Below, in pieces: positions 1 through 10,280 of a DNA stretch of 31,774 nucleotides. The notes below the pieces were generated by a model. It searched no databases and was not told the origin of the DNA. It saw only the letters and a program-made list of their open reading frames with translations. The translations under genes were made by a program, and so were the position numbers. The stretch's first letter is position 1; each line of letters opens with the position of its first letter. The stretch covers positions 1 to 31,774 of the forward strand of contig JAGOBQ010000001.1 of the NCBI GenBank assembly GCA_017999215.1, given 5' to 3'. The stretch is from Thermoanaerobaculia bacterium (GTDB lineage: Bacteria > Acidobacteriota > Thermoanaerobaculia > UBA5066).

Positions 1-235
1 GAGACAGGAGGCTACGGGCCACCGCCGCGTTCGAGAGGAGGATCTCCTGCGGGAAGTAGAGGAGGAGCCCGGGCGCCTTCGGCACCTTCTCGAGCCGGAA
101 GCGGCGGCGGAGAGGAACGCGAAGGAGGAGGACGAGGAGCCCGGCGAGGATCACCCCCTCGAGGAGGTTCCCGACCGACATCTCGCCGGTGACGGCGACC
201 CAGGCGAAGACGAGGAACGCGAACGTGCCCGGCAT
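1..235 (-). CDS. mrpE: Na+/H+ antiporter subunit E (3' end beyond window edge)
   Basis: Not in the ORF track frame. My translation from ATG at 235 is MPGTFAFLVFAWVAVTGEMSVGNLLEGVILAGLLVLLLR...EILLSNAAVARSLL, a hydrophobic N-terminus plus E-x4-N-x2-VA typical of MrpE. It directly follows mrpD. Confidence 0.85.
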   Translation of the reverse strand, partial: MPGTFAFLVFAWVAVTGEMSVGNLLEGVILAGLLVLLLRVPLRRRFRLEKVPKAPGLLLYFPQEILLSNAAVARSLLS

Positions 236-238
236 CGC

Positions 239-1750
239 TCACGTCCCTCCGTCGCGAGCGCCGAGGACGGCGCGGACGTAGAGCTCCGGGTCGAGGAGCT
301 GGGCGGCGGCCGCGTCGGCGAAGCGGTAGAGGACCCCCGCGCCGAGGCCGATCGCGACCGTGATCGCGCCGAGGACGAGGATCGGGCCGAGGAGCGACGC
401 GCGCTCTCCCGCCGTCAGGGGCGCCGGCGCCTCTCCGGCGCCGGCCGGGGCCGGCTTCCAGAACGCCTCGTTCCAGATCTTCGTCATCGAGAAGAGCGTC
501 AGCAGGCTGACGGCGAGCGCCACGGCGACGATCGCCCCGTGCCCCGCCTCCAGCCCCGCGCGGACGAGGAGGTACTTCGCCCAGAAGCCGGAGAGGGGAG
601 GGAGGCCCGCGAGGGAGATCGCGGGGACGAGGAACGCCGCGGCGAGGAGGGGCGAGCGGGCGAGGAGAGAGCCGAGCCGCTCGAGCGAGAAGCTCCCCCC
701 GGCGCGCCGCAGCACGCCCGCGACGAGGAAGAGGTTCGCCTTCACGACGATGTGGTGGAGGACGTAGAAGACCGTCCCGGCGAGCGCGAGCCGCGTCCCG
801 AGGCCCAGCCCCATCAGCATGTAGCCGATCTGGCTGACGATGTGGAAGGAGAGGATCTTCCGCACGTCGCCCTGCGCCATCGCGCCGAGGACGCCGGTGA
901 CCATCGTCAGCGCCGCGACGGCGAGGAGGAGCGGGCCGGTGAAGGCCGTGTCGCGGACGAAGACGAGCGTCAGGACGCGCACGAGGGCGTAGACGCCCAC
1001 CTTCGTCAGGAGCCCCGCGAAGAGCGCCGCCACCGGCATCGGCGGCGTGTGGTACGAGGCCGGGAGCCAGAAGAAGAGGGGGAACGCGGCCGCCTTGATC
1101 CCGAACGCGAGGAGGAAGAGGGAGGCCACGACGCTCGGGAGCCCCTGGGCCGGCAGGTCGCGGAGCGCGACGGCCACGTCGGCCATGTTGAGAGTCCCGA
1201 CGGAGCCGTAGAGGAGCCCCGCGCCCGCCAGGAAGAGCGCCGAGGAGACGAGGTTCAGGACGACGTACTTCAGCGCCCCCTGCAGCTGCGCCCGCTCGCC
1301 CCCGAGGGAGACGAGGACGAACGACGCCATCAGCATGACCTCGAACCAGACGTAGAGGTTGAAGAGGTCGCCCGTCAGGAAGGCCCCGGAGACGCCCATC
1401 GAGAGGACGTGGAGGAGCGGGTGGTAGCCCGCCCGCTCGCGCGCCCCGTCGACGCCGCGGACCGAATAGGCGACAACCGCCGCGAGGAGGACGGCGGCCA
1501 CGAGGACCATCGCGGCCGCGAAGCGGTCGGCGACGAGCGAGATCCCGAACGGCGCCGCCCAGGCCCCCGCCTGCGTGACGAGGATCGTCCCGTCGAGCGT
1601 CGCGCCGAGGAGCGCGACCGCCCCGGCGAGGAACGCCGTCGCCCCGGCGAAGCTCGCCGCGCGCGTGGCGCGCGGCGAGCGCGCGAGGAGGATCGTCGCG
1701 GCCGCGGTCGCGAGCGGGACGAGGAGCGGGAGGACGAGGAGCGTGTTCAC
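239..1750 (-). CDS. mrpD: Na+/H+ antiporter subunit D (proton-conducting membrane transporter)
   Basis: 503 aa, highly hydrophobic. Motifs [33 protein letters not shown] and LTKVGVYAL. Confidence 0.95.
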   Translation of the reverse strand: MNTLLVLPLLVPLATAAATILLARSPRATRAASFAGATAFLAGAVALLGATLDGTILVTQAGAWAAPFGISLVADRFAAAMVLVAAVLLAAVVAYSVRGVDGARERAGYHPLLHVLSMGVSGAFLTGDLFNLYVWFEVMLMASFVLVSLGGERAQLQGALKYVVLNLVSSALFLAGAGLLYGSVGTLNMADVAVALRDLPAQGLPSVVASLFLLAFGIKAAAFPLFFWLPASYHTPPMPVAALFAGLLTKVGVYALVRVLTLVFVRDTAFTGPLLLAVAALTMVTGVLGAMAQGDVRKILSFHIVSQIGYMLMGLGLGTRLALAGTVFYVLHHIVVKANLFLVAGVLRRAGGSFSLERLGSLLARSPLLAAAFLVPAISLAGLPPLSGFWAKYLLVRAGLEAGHGAIVAVALAVSLLTLFSMTKIWNEAFWKPAPAGAGEAPAPLTAGERASLLGPILVLGAITVAIGLGAGVLYRFADAAAAQLLDPELYVRAVLGARDGGT

Positions 1751-2091
1751 GCCTCCTCCCGCATCGCGTCGACGTCGTCGGTCCCCGCTTCCTGGCAGGT
1801 CCGCTTCAGGAGGACGAGGGCGAACGCCTGGACGCCGAACCCGATGACGATCGCCGTCAGGACGAGCGCCTGCGGGAGCGGGTCGGCCGACGTGGCCGCC
1901 GCGAGGGCGGCCCCCTCCGGGACGATGGGCGGGCCCTCCCGCGAGAGCCGCCCCGCGGTGAAGACGAGGAGGTTCGACGCATAGCCGAGGAGCGCGAGGC
2001 CGAAGACGACGCGGATCGCGCTCCGTCGCAGCAGGAGGTAGGTCCCCGCGGCGTAGAGGGCTCCGATCGCGAGCGCGAGGAGGAGCGTCAC
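1747..2091 (-). CDS. mrpC: Na+/H+ antiporter subunit C
   Basis: 114 aa with [17 protein letters not shown] signature; 4-nt overlaps with both neighbours. Confidence 0.95.
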   Translation of the reverse strand: MTLLLALAIGALYAAGTYLLLRRSAIRVVFGLALLGYASNLLVFTAGRLSREGPPIVPEGAALAAATSADPLPQALVLTAIVIGFGVQAFALVLLKRTCQEAGTDDVDAMREEA

Positions 2092-2504
2092 GCCTCGTCC
2101 TCCTCCTGGAGCGTGAGGAGGATCAGGAGGACGACGCCGACGACCGTCAGGTAGACCCCCGCGTCGAAGAGGACCGGCGTTCCCGGCTTCCCGACGACCG
2201 GCAGGGAGACGCCGCCCCAGAGGCCGGTCATGAACGGGCGGCCGGCGGCGAGGCCGACGAGGCCGCTCGCGAGCGCGGCGAGGAGGCCGGCGCCGATCAG
2301 GACCTCCGGGCGCGCCGGAAGGACGCGCCGCGCCGCGGCGACCCCTCCCGTGAGCGCGAGGAGGGCGTAGGCCGTCGCCGCGACGAGGCCGCCGACGAAG
2401 CCGCCGCCGGGCTCGTTGTGCCCGCGGAAGAGGAGGAATACGGAGAAGAGGAGGAGGAGCGGGAAGACGACCCGCGTCGCGGCGGCGAGGATGAGCGACC
2501 TCAC
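2088..2504 (-). CDS. mrpB: Na+/H+ antiporter subunit B
   Basis: Last 138 aa of track ORF 2088..4760. GTG at 2504 overlaps the mrpA stop (GTGA). Motifs [15 protein letters not shown] and [12 protein letters not shown]. Confidence 0.93.
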   Translation of the reverse strand: MRSLILAAATRVVFPLLLLFSVFLLFRGHNEPGGGFVGGLVAATAYALLALTGGVAAARRVLPARPEVLIGAGLLAALASGLVGLAAGRPFMTGLWGGVSLPVVGKPGTPVLFDAGVYLTVVGVVLLILLTLQEEDEA

Positions 2505-4819
2505 GGCCGGCCCCCCTTCGCGCCGGCCCCGCGGGACGCGAGCCGAAGCCTCACGAGCGACCAGACGCCGAGCGCGGCGACGCCGAGGACGGTGATCTCG
2601 CCGAGCGTGTCGAGGCCGCGGAAGTCGACGAGGATGACGTTCACGACGTTCCGCCCCTTCGCGAGGACGAGGCTCGACTCGCGGAAGAACGGGGCGAGGC
2701 GGGAGCGAAGCGGCTCGGCGTGGACCGCCAGGACGAGCCCGGCCATGACGGCGCCGACCGAGCCGGCGAGGAGGGCGTCGACGACCCGCGCGCGCGGGGC
2801 CGACCGGCTCTGCAGCCTCGGGAGGCGCCGGAGGACGGCGACGAAGAGGAGGACCGAGAGCGTCTCGACCGCGAGCTGCGTCATCGCGAGGTCGGGGGCG
2901 CCGAAGACGAGGAAGAGGAGCGCGACGCCGAAGCCCGTCACGCCGAGCGCGACGACGGCCGCGAGGCGCGAGCCGGCGAGGACGGTGCCGGCGGCGCCCG
3001 CGACGACGAGGAGGGCGAGGACCGCCTCGAGCGGCCGCACGGACCGGAGGGCGTCGGGCGCCCCGAGGACGGCCCGCGTCAGGAGGAGGGGCGCGACGAG
3101 GACGACCGTCGCGGCGAGGACGATCCGCAGGTCCTGCCGGAGCGAGCCGGACGAGAGGACCGACGCCGTCCCCTTCGCGAGCCCCACGAGGCTGGCGAGC
3201 CCCGCACGGTAGAGGCGGAGCGGCCCGAAGGCGACGAGGGGAGCGAGGCGCCCGGCGAGCACGCGGAAGCGGCGCCGCGCCGCGAAGAGGGCGACGCCGA
3301 CGACGAGCGTGACGAGGCTCTTGGCGAGGACGAGGTTGAAGCCGTGCCAGAGCTCCAGCGTGAGGGCGTGCGGCGCCCCGATCGCCGCCGCCGCGGCCGC
3401 CGAGACGAACGGGGAGATCGCCCCCGAGAAGAGGCCGGCGGCGAGGCTCCCGAGGCCGAGGAGGAGCGGGCCGGCCCACATGGCGGCCGGCGCCTCGTGC
3501 GGGGCCTTCGGCGTCTCCCCCGGCTGCCCCGCGAAGGGGCCCCAGCCGACGGAGAGGGCGACCGCCACGAGGAGCATGTTCGAGCCGACCGCGACGGGGA
3601 CGAGGAGAAAGGGCGCGGGCGAAGCGCGGAGGGCCGCGTCGTAGAGGAGCTCCTTGCTGACGAAGCCGAGGAGCGGCGGGAGGCCGGCCATCGAGAAGGC
3701 GGCCGCGGCCGCGGCCGCTCCGGTCACCGGGAGGGCGCGGAAGAGGCCGCCGAGGGCCGCGACGTCGCGCGTCCCCGTCTCGTGGTCGACGATCCCCGCG
3801 ACGAGGAAGAGCGCCCCCTTGTAGAGCGCGTGCGCGAGGAGGAGGACCATCGCCGCGGCGAGGGCCGCGGGCGTCCCGACGCCGACGAGCATCACGAGCG
3901 AGCCGAGGGCGCTGACGGTGGACCAGGCGAGGAGCCGCTTGAGGTCCCGCTGCCCCACGGCGAGGAGGGCCCCCGTCAGCATCGTCGCCGCGCCGACGGT
4001 CGTGACGATCCCGGTCCACTCCGGCGTCCCGCCGAGCGTCGGGTGGAGGCGCGCGAGGAGGAAGACGCCCGCCTTCACCATCGTCGCGGAGTGGAGGTAG
4101 GTGCTGACCGGCGCGGGCGCGGCCATCGCCTCGGGGAGCCAGAAGTGGAACGGGACCTGCGCCGACTTCGTGAAGGCGCCGAGGAGGACGAGGAGGAGGG
4201 CCGGGAGGTAGAGGGGGCTCGCCTTCACAGCCTCCGCGTTCGCCGCGAGCGCCCCGAGGTCGAGGCTCCCGCCCGCCTGCCCGAGGAGGACGAAGCCGGC
4301 GAGGAGCGCGAGGCCCCCGCCGCCCGTCACGAGGAGCGCCTGGAGGGCGGAGGCGCGCACCTCGACCTTCTCCCTCTCGAACCCGATGAGGACGTACGAG
4401 AGGAGGCTCGTCGCCTCCCAGAAGACGAAGAGGCCGAGGAGGTTGTCCGAGAGGACGAGCCCGAGCATCGCCGCGAGGAACGCGAGGAGGTAGCCGAGCA
4501 GGTTCCCGCGGCGCGGGTGCCCCTCCATGTAGCTCCCGGCGTAGAGCAGGACGACGGCCCCGACGCCGGTGACGACGAGCGCCATCAGGAGCGAGAGGCC
4601 GTCCAGCCGGAACGAGAGGGAGACGCCCAGCTCCGCGATCCACGCGAGCGACGCGGTGCGCGTCCCGCCGGCGGAGATCTCCGGGACGTGGCGAGCGAGG
4701 GCGAGGAAGAGGGCCGCCGGGACGAGCGCCAGGAGCGGCGCGGCACGCCGTCCGAGCCACCTCTCGAGGAGCGGCGCCAGCACGGCGGCGACGAGGGCGG
4801 CAAGGAGGGCGGCGATCAC
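2501..4819 (-). CDS. mrpA: Na+/H+ antiporter subunit A
   Basis: 772 aa. Motifs [45 protein letters not shown] and [19 protein letters not shown]. Confidence 0.96.
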   Translation of the reverse strand: MIAALLAALVAAVLAPLLERWLGRRAAPLLALVPAALFLALARHVPEISAGGTRTASLAWIAELGVSLSFRLDGLSLLMALVVTGVGAVVLLYAGSYMEGHPRRGNLLGYLLAFLAAMLGLVLSDNLLGLFVFWEATSLLSYVLIGFEREKVEVRASALQALLVTGGGGLALLAGFVLLGQAGGSLDLGALAANAEAVKASPLYLPALLLVLLGAFTKSAQVPFHFWLPEAMAAPAPVSTYLHSATMVKAGVFLLARLHPTLGGTPEWTGIVTTVGAATMLTGALLAVGQRDLKRLLAWSTVSALGSLVMLVGVGTPAALAAAMVLLLAHALYKGALFLVAGIVDHETGTRDVAALGGLFRALPVTGAAAAAAAFSMAGLPPLLGFVSKELLYDAALRASPAPFLLVPVAVGSNMLLVAVALSVGWGPFAGQPGETPKAPHEAPAAMWAGPLLLGLGSLAAGLFSGAISPFVSAAAAAAIGAPHALTLELWHGFNLVLAKSLVTLVVGVALFAARRRFRVLAGRLAPLVAFGPLRLYRAGLASLVGLAKGTASVLSSGSLRQDLRIVLAATVVLVAPLLLTRAVLGAPDALRSVRPLEAVLALLVVAGAAGTVLAGSRLAAVVALGVTGFGVALLFLVFGAPDLAMTQLAVETLSVLLFVAVLRRLPRLQSRSAPRARVVDALLAGSVGAVMAGLVLAVHAEPLRSRLAPFFRESSLVLAKGRNVVNVILVDFRGLDTLGEITVLGVAALGVWSLVRLRLASRGAGAKGGRP

Positions 4820-4900
4820 GCGGGGACCTATAACGCCCGGCGGCGGCGGGCTATTCCGCCCCCGCGAGCCCGGCCGGCGAGCGGCGTCGGGTCCATCGCC

Positions 4901-5599
4901 TCAGACGTGCCGGATTCCGGAGTCCTCCTCCTCCGCGCGGAGCTTCTTCTCGAGCCAGCCGCGGGCGAGGTCGCGCGCGCCGAGGCCGAAGGCGAGGGCC
5001 AGCGTGAGGGCGATGGCGCCCCCGGCGATCGAGAAGGCCGCGACGAGGATCGACCTCCCGACGCCGAGGTGGTCGAGCGCGGCCGCCACGAACGACGTCA
5101 CGACGAGGACGTAGGCGGCGCGTGCGCCGGCACGCGCCCACGGGAGGCCGGCGTTCACGGCGCCGAGGAGGACGCTCCGACGGAGGAGTGCGCCGGCGCC
5201 GAGGCCGACGACCGCGAGGAGCATCGCGCCGAGGAGGCGCGGCAGGAAGCCGACCCCCTCCGTGAGGACGTCGCGCAGCGAGCCGGGTTCGAGGGCGTTG
5301 ACCCCGACCGCGAGCGCCACGACGACCGCCGTCCAGAACGAGACCGTCCCGGCGACCCGCTCCGGGTCGGCCTTCAGCCCCGCGGCCCGGAGGATCTGAC
5401 GCGAGGAGGAGGGCTCCGCCGGGCGCGACTTCCGCCGGAGGCGGATGACCCACCGCAGGAGAGCTCGCAGCAGGAAGCCCGTCAGGACGCCCACGAGCGC
5501 GGCCGTCAGGAGGACGAGCGCGGCCGGGACGACCGAGAGGAACGCGTCGAGGAGCCGTTCGAAGGCGGTGGCGATCTGCTGTCCGAGGTTCTTTCCCAT
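4901..5599 (-). CDS. Membrane protein with tandem conserved TM-helix repeats (CmpX / MscS N-terminal-like)
   Basis: True start ATG at 5599 (MGKNLGQQ...), 232 aa. About 6 hydrophobic segments with repeats FLSVVPAALVLL and GFLPRLLGAMLL, and a C-terminal LALAFGLGARDLA motif. Confidence 0.7.
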   Translation of the reverse strand: MGKNLGQQIATAFERLLDAFLSVVPAALVLLTAALVGVLTGFLLRALLRWVIRLRRKSRPAEPSSSRQILRAAGLKADPERVAGTVSFWTAVVVALAVGVNALEPGSLRDVLTEGVGFLPRLLGAMLLAVVGLGAGALLRRSVLLGAVNAGLPWARAGARAAYVLVVTSFVAAALDHLGVGRSILVAAFSIAGGAIALTLALAFGLGARDLARGWLEKKLRAEEEDSGIRHV

Positions 5600-5610
5600 C
5601 GTCGTCTCCG

Positions 5611-6885
5611 TCAGGGAGTCTTCTCCCAGAGGGCCTCGAGCGCGTCCTTGCCGCGCTCGTAGGCGAGGGCGAGCTCCTCGAGGCGGGCTTCGGCCTCCTC
5701 GGCCGTCCCCGCCTCCGTTTCGGCGACGAACGTCGCCACTTTCCCGAGATAGAGCGGAACGAGCGACTTGATCAGCGTCGCGGGAGGGAGGGCGCGCCTC
5801 CGGAAGCCCGCCGCCGCCTCGGCGATGATCCTCACCCACGCCTCGTCGCCGAGGGAGACGGCCGGGGCGTGGGCCGCGTCGCGGATCGCCGCGAGCGAGC
5901 CGGGCGAGAGGAACGACTCCCAGATCGGCGGGAGGTCGTGAGCCGCCTGGCGGTACTGCGCGAGGAGCCGGTCGAGCTTGACCGGGACCGGCTCGAGGCC
6001 GACGGTGTAGGGGAAGCCGAAGACCGGCACCTTCTCCGATCCCGAGACCCGCTTCCAGGCCGGCTCGTACCTCTCCATCAGGGAGAACAGCGTCGAGACG
6101 ACCTGGACCATCATCGGCGAGAGGTCGGAGCCGGGGTCCTTCGGGTCGTGGATCTTCGCGCCGAGGAAGGACTGCGCGACCTTCCGCCCCTCGGCGAGCG
6201 CCGTCGTCGTCATGAAGATGTCGATGCCGTACTGCGCGACCGGCCCGTCCCAGTCGCCGAACTCGAGGAAGTGAGCGGCGAGGTCGCCCGTGAAGCCGAA
6301 GTCCCCGCCGATCGGCTGGCGGACCCGCTTGCCGTAGAGGGCGCGCGTGAGCGGGTAGACGATCGTGTTCGTGATCGTCCCGTCGTACCGGTGCCGCGCG
6401 TAGAGCGGCGCGACGAAGTCGAAGTGGTGGGAGACGACCGGCTCGAGGAGGAGCTCCACCCACTCCGGGGTGATCGAGCGGAGGTCGCTGTCGAGGACGC
6501 AGCACGCCTCCGCCTCGAGCTCGGCCGCGATCCGGAAGATCGTCCGGAACGCGCTCCCCTTCCCCGGAATGCCGTGGTACGGGGTGACGATCCTCGACGT
6601 CGCGCCCGTCGGGACCGCATCGACGAGGATCTCGGCGAGGCTCCCGACGTCGCTCCGCTCCACGAGCTCGCGGGTCCGGTCCGTCGATCCGCCGTCGGAG
6701 TTGACGAGGACCGCCTTCGCGTCCGGGAAATGCCGCGCCAGGCCCGCGACGACGGCGCGGACGACGTGACCGATCGTCCGCTCGTTGTTGAAGGAAGGGA
6801 TCCCGACGAGGAGGTCGACGCGCCCGATCCGCCGGATCGCCTCGGCGACCTCGGGCGAGAGAGGGGGGAGCGCGTGAGCGGTCAT
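5611..6885 (-). CDS. Glycosyltransferase, glucosylglycerate/mannosylglycerate synthase-like (GT-A fold)
   Basis: True start ATG at 6885 overlaps the upstream stop; 424 aa. Motifs VGIPSFNNERTIGHVV, NSDGGSTD, GIPGKGSA, DxD (LDSDLRS), RQPIGGDFG and YGIDIFMT. Confidence 0.8.
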   Translation of the reverse strand: MTAHALPPLSPEVAEAIRRIGRVDLLVGIPSFNNERTIGHVVRAVVAGLARHFPDAKAVLVNSDGGSTDRTRELVERSDVGSLAEILVDAVPTGATSRIVTPYHGIPGKGSAFRTIFRIAAELEAEACCVLDSDLRSITPEWVELLLEPVVSHHFDFVAPLYARHRYDGTITNTIVYPLTRALYGKRVRQPIGGDFGFTGDLAAHFLEFGDWDGPVAQYGIDIFMTTTALAEGRKVAQSFLGAKIHDPKDPGSDLSPMMVQVVSTLFSLMERYEPAWKRVSGSEKVPVFGFPYTVGLEPVPVKLDRLLAQYRQAAHDLPPIWESFLSPGSLAAIRDAAHAPAVSLGDEAWVRIIAEAAAGFRRRALPPATLIKSLVPLYLGKVATFVAETEAGTAEEAEARLEELALAYERGKDALEALWEKTP

Positions 6886-7649
6886 GCGTCCTCCGCGAGG
6901 AGCTCGTCGAGGGCGACGGCCCAGCCGCGGCCCGTCGGGAACGGGGCGACGCGCGCCCCGGGGACGGCCGCGGCGAGCGCCGGGTCGACGCCCCCCGTGG
7001 CCCGCGGCAGGAGGACGGCGACGTCGCAGCGGGCGAGGAAGCCGGCGTCGTTCGGAGCGTCGCCGAGGCCGGCGAACGGGCGGGCCGCGGCCCCCGTCGC
7101 GACGAGGAGGTCGAGGGCGTCCTCCTTGCCGTGGTCGCCGGAGAGGTGCCAGAACTGCCCGCCGCGCGTCAGCCGGACGCCGGGGATCGCGCGCGCGGCC
7201 TCCTCCAGCGCGGAGCCCGAGCCGTCGGGCGCGAGGAACGGCAAGCCGAAGCGGCGCTCGAGCATCGCGGGCACCCGCTCTTCCGCGAGGCCCGTGATCC
7301 GCCGGATCTCGGCGACGGAGAGGTCGAAGACGGGCGTGAGCGGCGCCCCGGAGAGGCGCGCGAGCGCCGCGAGACGGTCGGCGAGCCCGGCGAGCGGGAG
7401 CGCCCTCTTCGAAGCCGTGACTCCCGAAGGCGACACGATCCCGGCCCCGTTCTCGAAGCTCCCGACGCCACCCGAGTCGAGCTCGGCGAGGAGCGCCCGG
7501 AGCTCGGCCTCGGTCTTGCTCGTCAGCGGGACGACCGGGACCCCGAGCCCTCGCAGGCGCGCGATCGCCGCGCGCGCCTCCTCTCCGAGGACGCCTCCGT
7601 GCTCGAGGAGGGTCCCGTCGAGGTCGGTGAGGACGGCGGCGGGCTTCAC
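6882..7649 (-). CDS. mpgP: HAD-IIB phosphatase, mannosyl/glucosyl-3-phosphoglycerate phosphatase-like
   Basis: 255 aa. Motifs TDLDGTLL, TSKTEAE, ENGAGI, TRGGQFWHL and LGDAPNDAGFL, as in MpgP/GpgP/YedP. Confidence 0.85.
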   Translation of the reverse strand: MKPAAVLTDLDGTLLEHGGVLGEEARAAIARLRGLGVPVVPLTSKTEAELRALLAELDSGGVGSFENGAGIVSPSGVTASKRALPLAGLADRLAALARLSGAPLTPVFDLSVAEIRRITGLAEERVPAMLERRFGLPFLAPDGSGSALEEAARAIPGVRLTRGGQFWHLSGDHGKEDALDLLVATGAAARPFAGLGDAPNDAGFLARCDVAVLLPRATGGVDPALAAAVPGARVAPFPTGRGWAVALDELLAEDA

Positions 7650-7685
7650 CCGCCCTGTATACCCCGCGACGACCTTCGGCGCGAC

Positions 7686-9323
7686 CTAAACCGGCCGGCC
7701 CGGCTCCTTCGCCGGCACGAACGTCATCGCGCGTTCGGCGAGCGCCGTGATCGTGAGCGAGGGGTTCACGCCCGGATTCGCGGAGATCGCGGAGCCGTCG
7801 ACGACCCAGAGGCCGTCGTAGCCGAAGACGCGGTGGCGGTGGTCGATGACGCCGTTCTCCGGCGCGTCTCCCATCGGGCAGCCGCCCAGGATGTGCGCCG
7901 TCGTCGGGATCCCGAGGAGGGTCTCCGTGAGGATGCTCTGCGGGAAGCCGTCGAGCGCCTCGCAGGCGCGCCGCGTCAGGTCGTTCGCCTCCGGATGCCA
8001 CGCCTTCGCCCCCGCGCCGCCGCCGGCGACCGAGGAGAGGCCGCGGCGGAAGCCGGTCCGCCACGAGCGGCCGAGGGTCATCCGGAGGTGCCCGTCCACC
8101 GTCCGCATGTAGAGGAGGATCATCGTCCGCTTCGCCCAGTCGGGGACCCAGAACGACTTCGTCGCCTTCCAGGGGCTCTTCAGGATCGTCGAGAACGCAT
8201 GGGCGAAGCGCTGGAAGAGCGTGTCGCCCGGCGCGAACGGGAGCGCGAGGAGGCGCAGGAAGCCCGAGCCCTTCGAGTAGCGGACCGGCTCGAGGTGCGA
8301 GTGCTCGTCGGTGTGGAGGATCGAGCCGATCGCGACGCCCTGAGAGAGGTCCTCGTCCTTCGTCGTCACGACGCCGACGAGGACCTCCGAGTTCGTCCGG
8401 ACGAAGTCGCCGGTCCTCGGCGAGAGCGCCGGGAGCCCGTCGGGGCTGTCCTTCAGCTCGAGGAGGAGCTTCACGGTCCCGAGGACGCCCCCCGCGAAGA
8501 CGACGTTCCGCGCGCGGAGGCGCTCCTCCGTCCGGAGCGCGGGGATCGGCGCGCCGCCGACGCGCGCCGTCAGCTCGTAGCCGCCGCCCGGGAGCGGCTT
8601 CACCCAGGTCACCTCGGTGTCGCTCCTCACGACGGCCCCGAGACCCTCCGCGAGGAAGAGGTAGTTCCGGTCGAGCGTGTTCTTCGCGCCGTGGCGGCAT
8701 CCGACCATGCAGCCGCCGCAGCGGGTGCAGACGGTCCGTTCCGGCCCCTTCCCGCCGAAGAACGGGTCGGGGACGACGTCGCCCGGCTTGTCTCCCTTCC
8801 CCTCTCGGCCGAAGAAGACCGCCACGTTCGTCGACTCGAAGCCGTCCTCGCGTCCGATCTGCCGCCCGAGGTCCCGGATCACCTCGTCGGGCTTCGTCAG
8901 GAACGGCGTCCGCGCCGCCCCGAGCATCGCGAGCGCCGTCCGGTAGTGGGGCGCGAGCTCCTCTTCCCAGCGCGCGAGCCGCGCCCACGAAGGCGCCTCG
9001 AAGAAGGGCTTCTTCGGGACGGGGAGCGTGTTCGCGTAGACGAGCGAGCCGCCGCCGACGCCGACGCCGGAGAGCGCCGTGACGTGGGGAAGGAACGTCA
9101 TCCGGAAGATGCCGCGGCAGCCGAGGCCCGGCATCCAGAGCCAGCGGCGGAGGTCCCACGTCGTCTTCGCGAAGTCGTTCGCGCCGCGGCGCGGCCCCTT
9201 CTCGAGGACGAGGACCCGGTAGCCCTTCTCCGAGAGGCGGAGCGCGCTCACGCTGCCGCCGAACCCGGAGCCGACGATCACGAAGTCCCACGCGTCCGAA
9301 CCCGGCGTCTCGTTCGGCTTCAT
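7686..9323 (-). CDS. choD: GMC family oxidoreductase, cholesterol oxidase (ChoD)-like
   Basis: True start ATG at 9323 with GGAGG upstream; 545 aa. Motifs DFVIVGSGFGGSVSALRL, GVGVGGGSLVYAN, CTRCGGCMVGCRHGAKNTLDRNYL, TAHILGGC and NPGVNPSLTITALAERA. No signal peptide. Confidence 0.85.
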   Translation of the reverse strand: MKPNETPGSDAWDFVIVGSGFGGSVSALRLSEKGYRVLVLEKGPRRGANDFAKTTWDLRRWLWMPGLGCRGIFRMTFLPHVTALSGVGVGGGSLVYANTLPVPKKPFFEAPSWARLARWEEELAPHYRTALAMLGAARTPFLTKPDEVIRDLGRQIGREDGFESTNVAVFFGREGKGDKPGDVVPDPFFGGKGPERTVCTRCGGCMVGCRHGAKNTLDRNYLFLAEGLGAVVRSDTEVTWVKPLPGGGYELTARVGGAPIPALRTEERLRARNVVFAGGVLGTVKLLLELKDSPDGLPALSPRTGDFVRTNSEVLVGVVTTKDEDLSQGVAIGSILHTDEHSHLEPVRYSKGSGFLRLLALPFAPGDTLFQRFAHAFSTILKSPWKATKSFWVPDWAKRTMILLYMRTVDGHLRMTLGRSWRTGFRRGLSSVAGGGAGAKAWHPEANDLTRRACEALDGFPQSILTETLLGIPTTAHILGGCPMGDAPENGVIDHRHRVFGYDGLWVVDGSAISANPGVNPSLTITALAERAMTFVPAKEPGRPV

Positions 9324-9345
9324 CCCGGCTCCTCCCGAAGCCGCC

Positions 9346-9351
9346 AGTCTA
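9346..9351 (-). promoter_or_regulatory. Candidate sigma70 -10 box (TAGACT) for the choD-like gene
   Basis: TAnnnT hexamer about 22 nt upstream of ATG 9323 in an otherwise GC-rich spacer. Confidence 0.4.
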
Positions 9352-9355
9352 CGCG

Positions 9356-9374
9356 GGGTCCGGCAGGCGGACCC
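9356..9374 (-). terminator. GC hairpin directly after the PAAR stop
   Basis: GGGTCCG-N5-CGGACCC, 7-bp perfect stem; no U-tract. Confidence 0.35.
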
Positions 9375-9670
9375 TAGTCGAGGAGGACCGTCGGGCAGCC
9401 CATGACGATCACGCCGCCGTGAAGGGTGGCGTCCCCCATCCTCGCGGCCGGGAGACCGCCGATGAGGACGCGCGTCGAGCCCATGATGATGGTGTCGGGC
9501 GGACCGACGCACGTCGCCAGGTCCGTCAGACGCGCCGCCGGGAGCCCCCCGATCAGGACCGTCGGACAGCCGGGCGGAAGGATCGGCCCGCCGACGTGCG
9601 GCACTCCGGATGCCGGGTCGACCATCGGACAGGTGTGCATGTCGCTGATGCGGGCGGCGGGCTGCGGCAT
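9374..9670 (-). CDS. PAAR domain spike-tip protein
   Basis: 98 aa with PAARI/PAARL/PAARM repeats and candidate Zn ligands (HTCP, PHVGG, HGG, GCP). No C-terminal extension. Confidence 0.95.
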   Translation of the reverse strand: MPQPAARISDMHTCPMVDPASGVPHVGGPILPPGCPTVLIGGLPAARLTDLATCVGPPDTIIMGSTRVLIGGLPAARMGDATLHGGVIVMGCPTVLLD

Positions 9671-9673
9671 CGC

Positions 9674-10270
9674 TCAGCCCTCCCGGCCGGCCCGCGCGCG
9701 CGGCCCGGGGGCGCGGCCGGCCTTCCGGCGCCCCTCGGCGACCTCGACCCCGCTCCAGACGAGCGCGCGGAGCCGCTCGGGCGCCTCGGGCGCGGCCGCC
9801 GCCGCGAGGAGGACCGCGGCGGAGGCTCCCTTCCCGGTCAGACCCGGAGGCGGCGCCACGGCCGGCAGGTCCGCCGGCGAGAGGCTCCCTCCCGTCCACC
9901 CCGCCGCGGCGGCCGCCATCGCGGACGCCGAGCGATAGCCGAGCCTCTCCGCCGCGTCCGCCGCCGCGCGGCGGTCCTTCTCGTCCCGCGTGGCGAGCCA
10001 GCGCTCGGCCGCCTCGAGCGCCGCCCGGTCGGCGGACGGCTCTTCGCCGAGAGCCTCCCGCGCGGCCTCGCACGCCCAGGCGACCGCGTCGTGCGGCGGG
10101 AGCCACTGCGCGACGAAGCCCGTGGCGTCGGCCCAGAGCTCCTTCTCCACGAGGAGGGCGACGCAATCCGGCGCCTCGGCGTCAGGGACGAGGAGGGCCT
10201 TCGCCTCCGCGGAGGCGTCGAACCTCGAAAGGATCGAGGCGGCGGTCCGCGGGCTCGCGCTGCTGTTCAT
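9674..10270 (-). CDS. DUF6931-like (Imm5-like) protein of vgrG-PAAR modules
   Basis: 198 aa. Pattern AQWLPPHDAVAWAC...ALEAAERW...DRRAAADAAE...AAAGWTGGSL...PPPGLT, sitting between vgrG and PAAR. Confidence 0.7.
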   Translation of the reverse strand: MNSSASPRTAASILSRFDASAEAKALLVPDAEAPDCVALLVEKELWADATGFVAQWLPPHDAVAWACEAAREALGEEPSADRAALEAAERWLATRDEKDRRAAADAAERLGYRSASAMAAAAAGWTGGSLSPADLPAVAPPPGLTGKGASAAVLLAAAAAPEAPERLRALVWSGVEVAEGRRKAGRAPGPRARAGREG

Positions 10271-10280
10271 CGCGTCCTCC

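Noticed and set aside
12-242. Track ORF of 76 aa
   Set aside because: Wrong frame; the frame starting at ATG 235 gives the MrpE-like protein.
7686-9323. Cholesterol-oxidase-like enzyme as the T6SS cargo of the adjacent PAAR module
   Set aside because: A hairpin and a separate TAGACT -10 box with its own RBS lie between them. It looks like an ordinary ChoD-type GMC enzyme with no loading domain or immunity gene. Not excluded, but unsupported.
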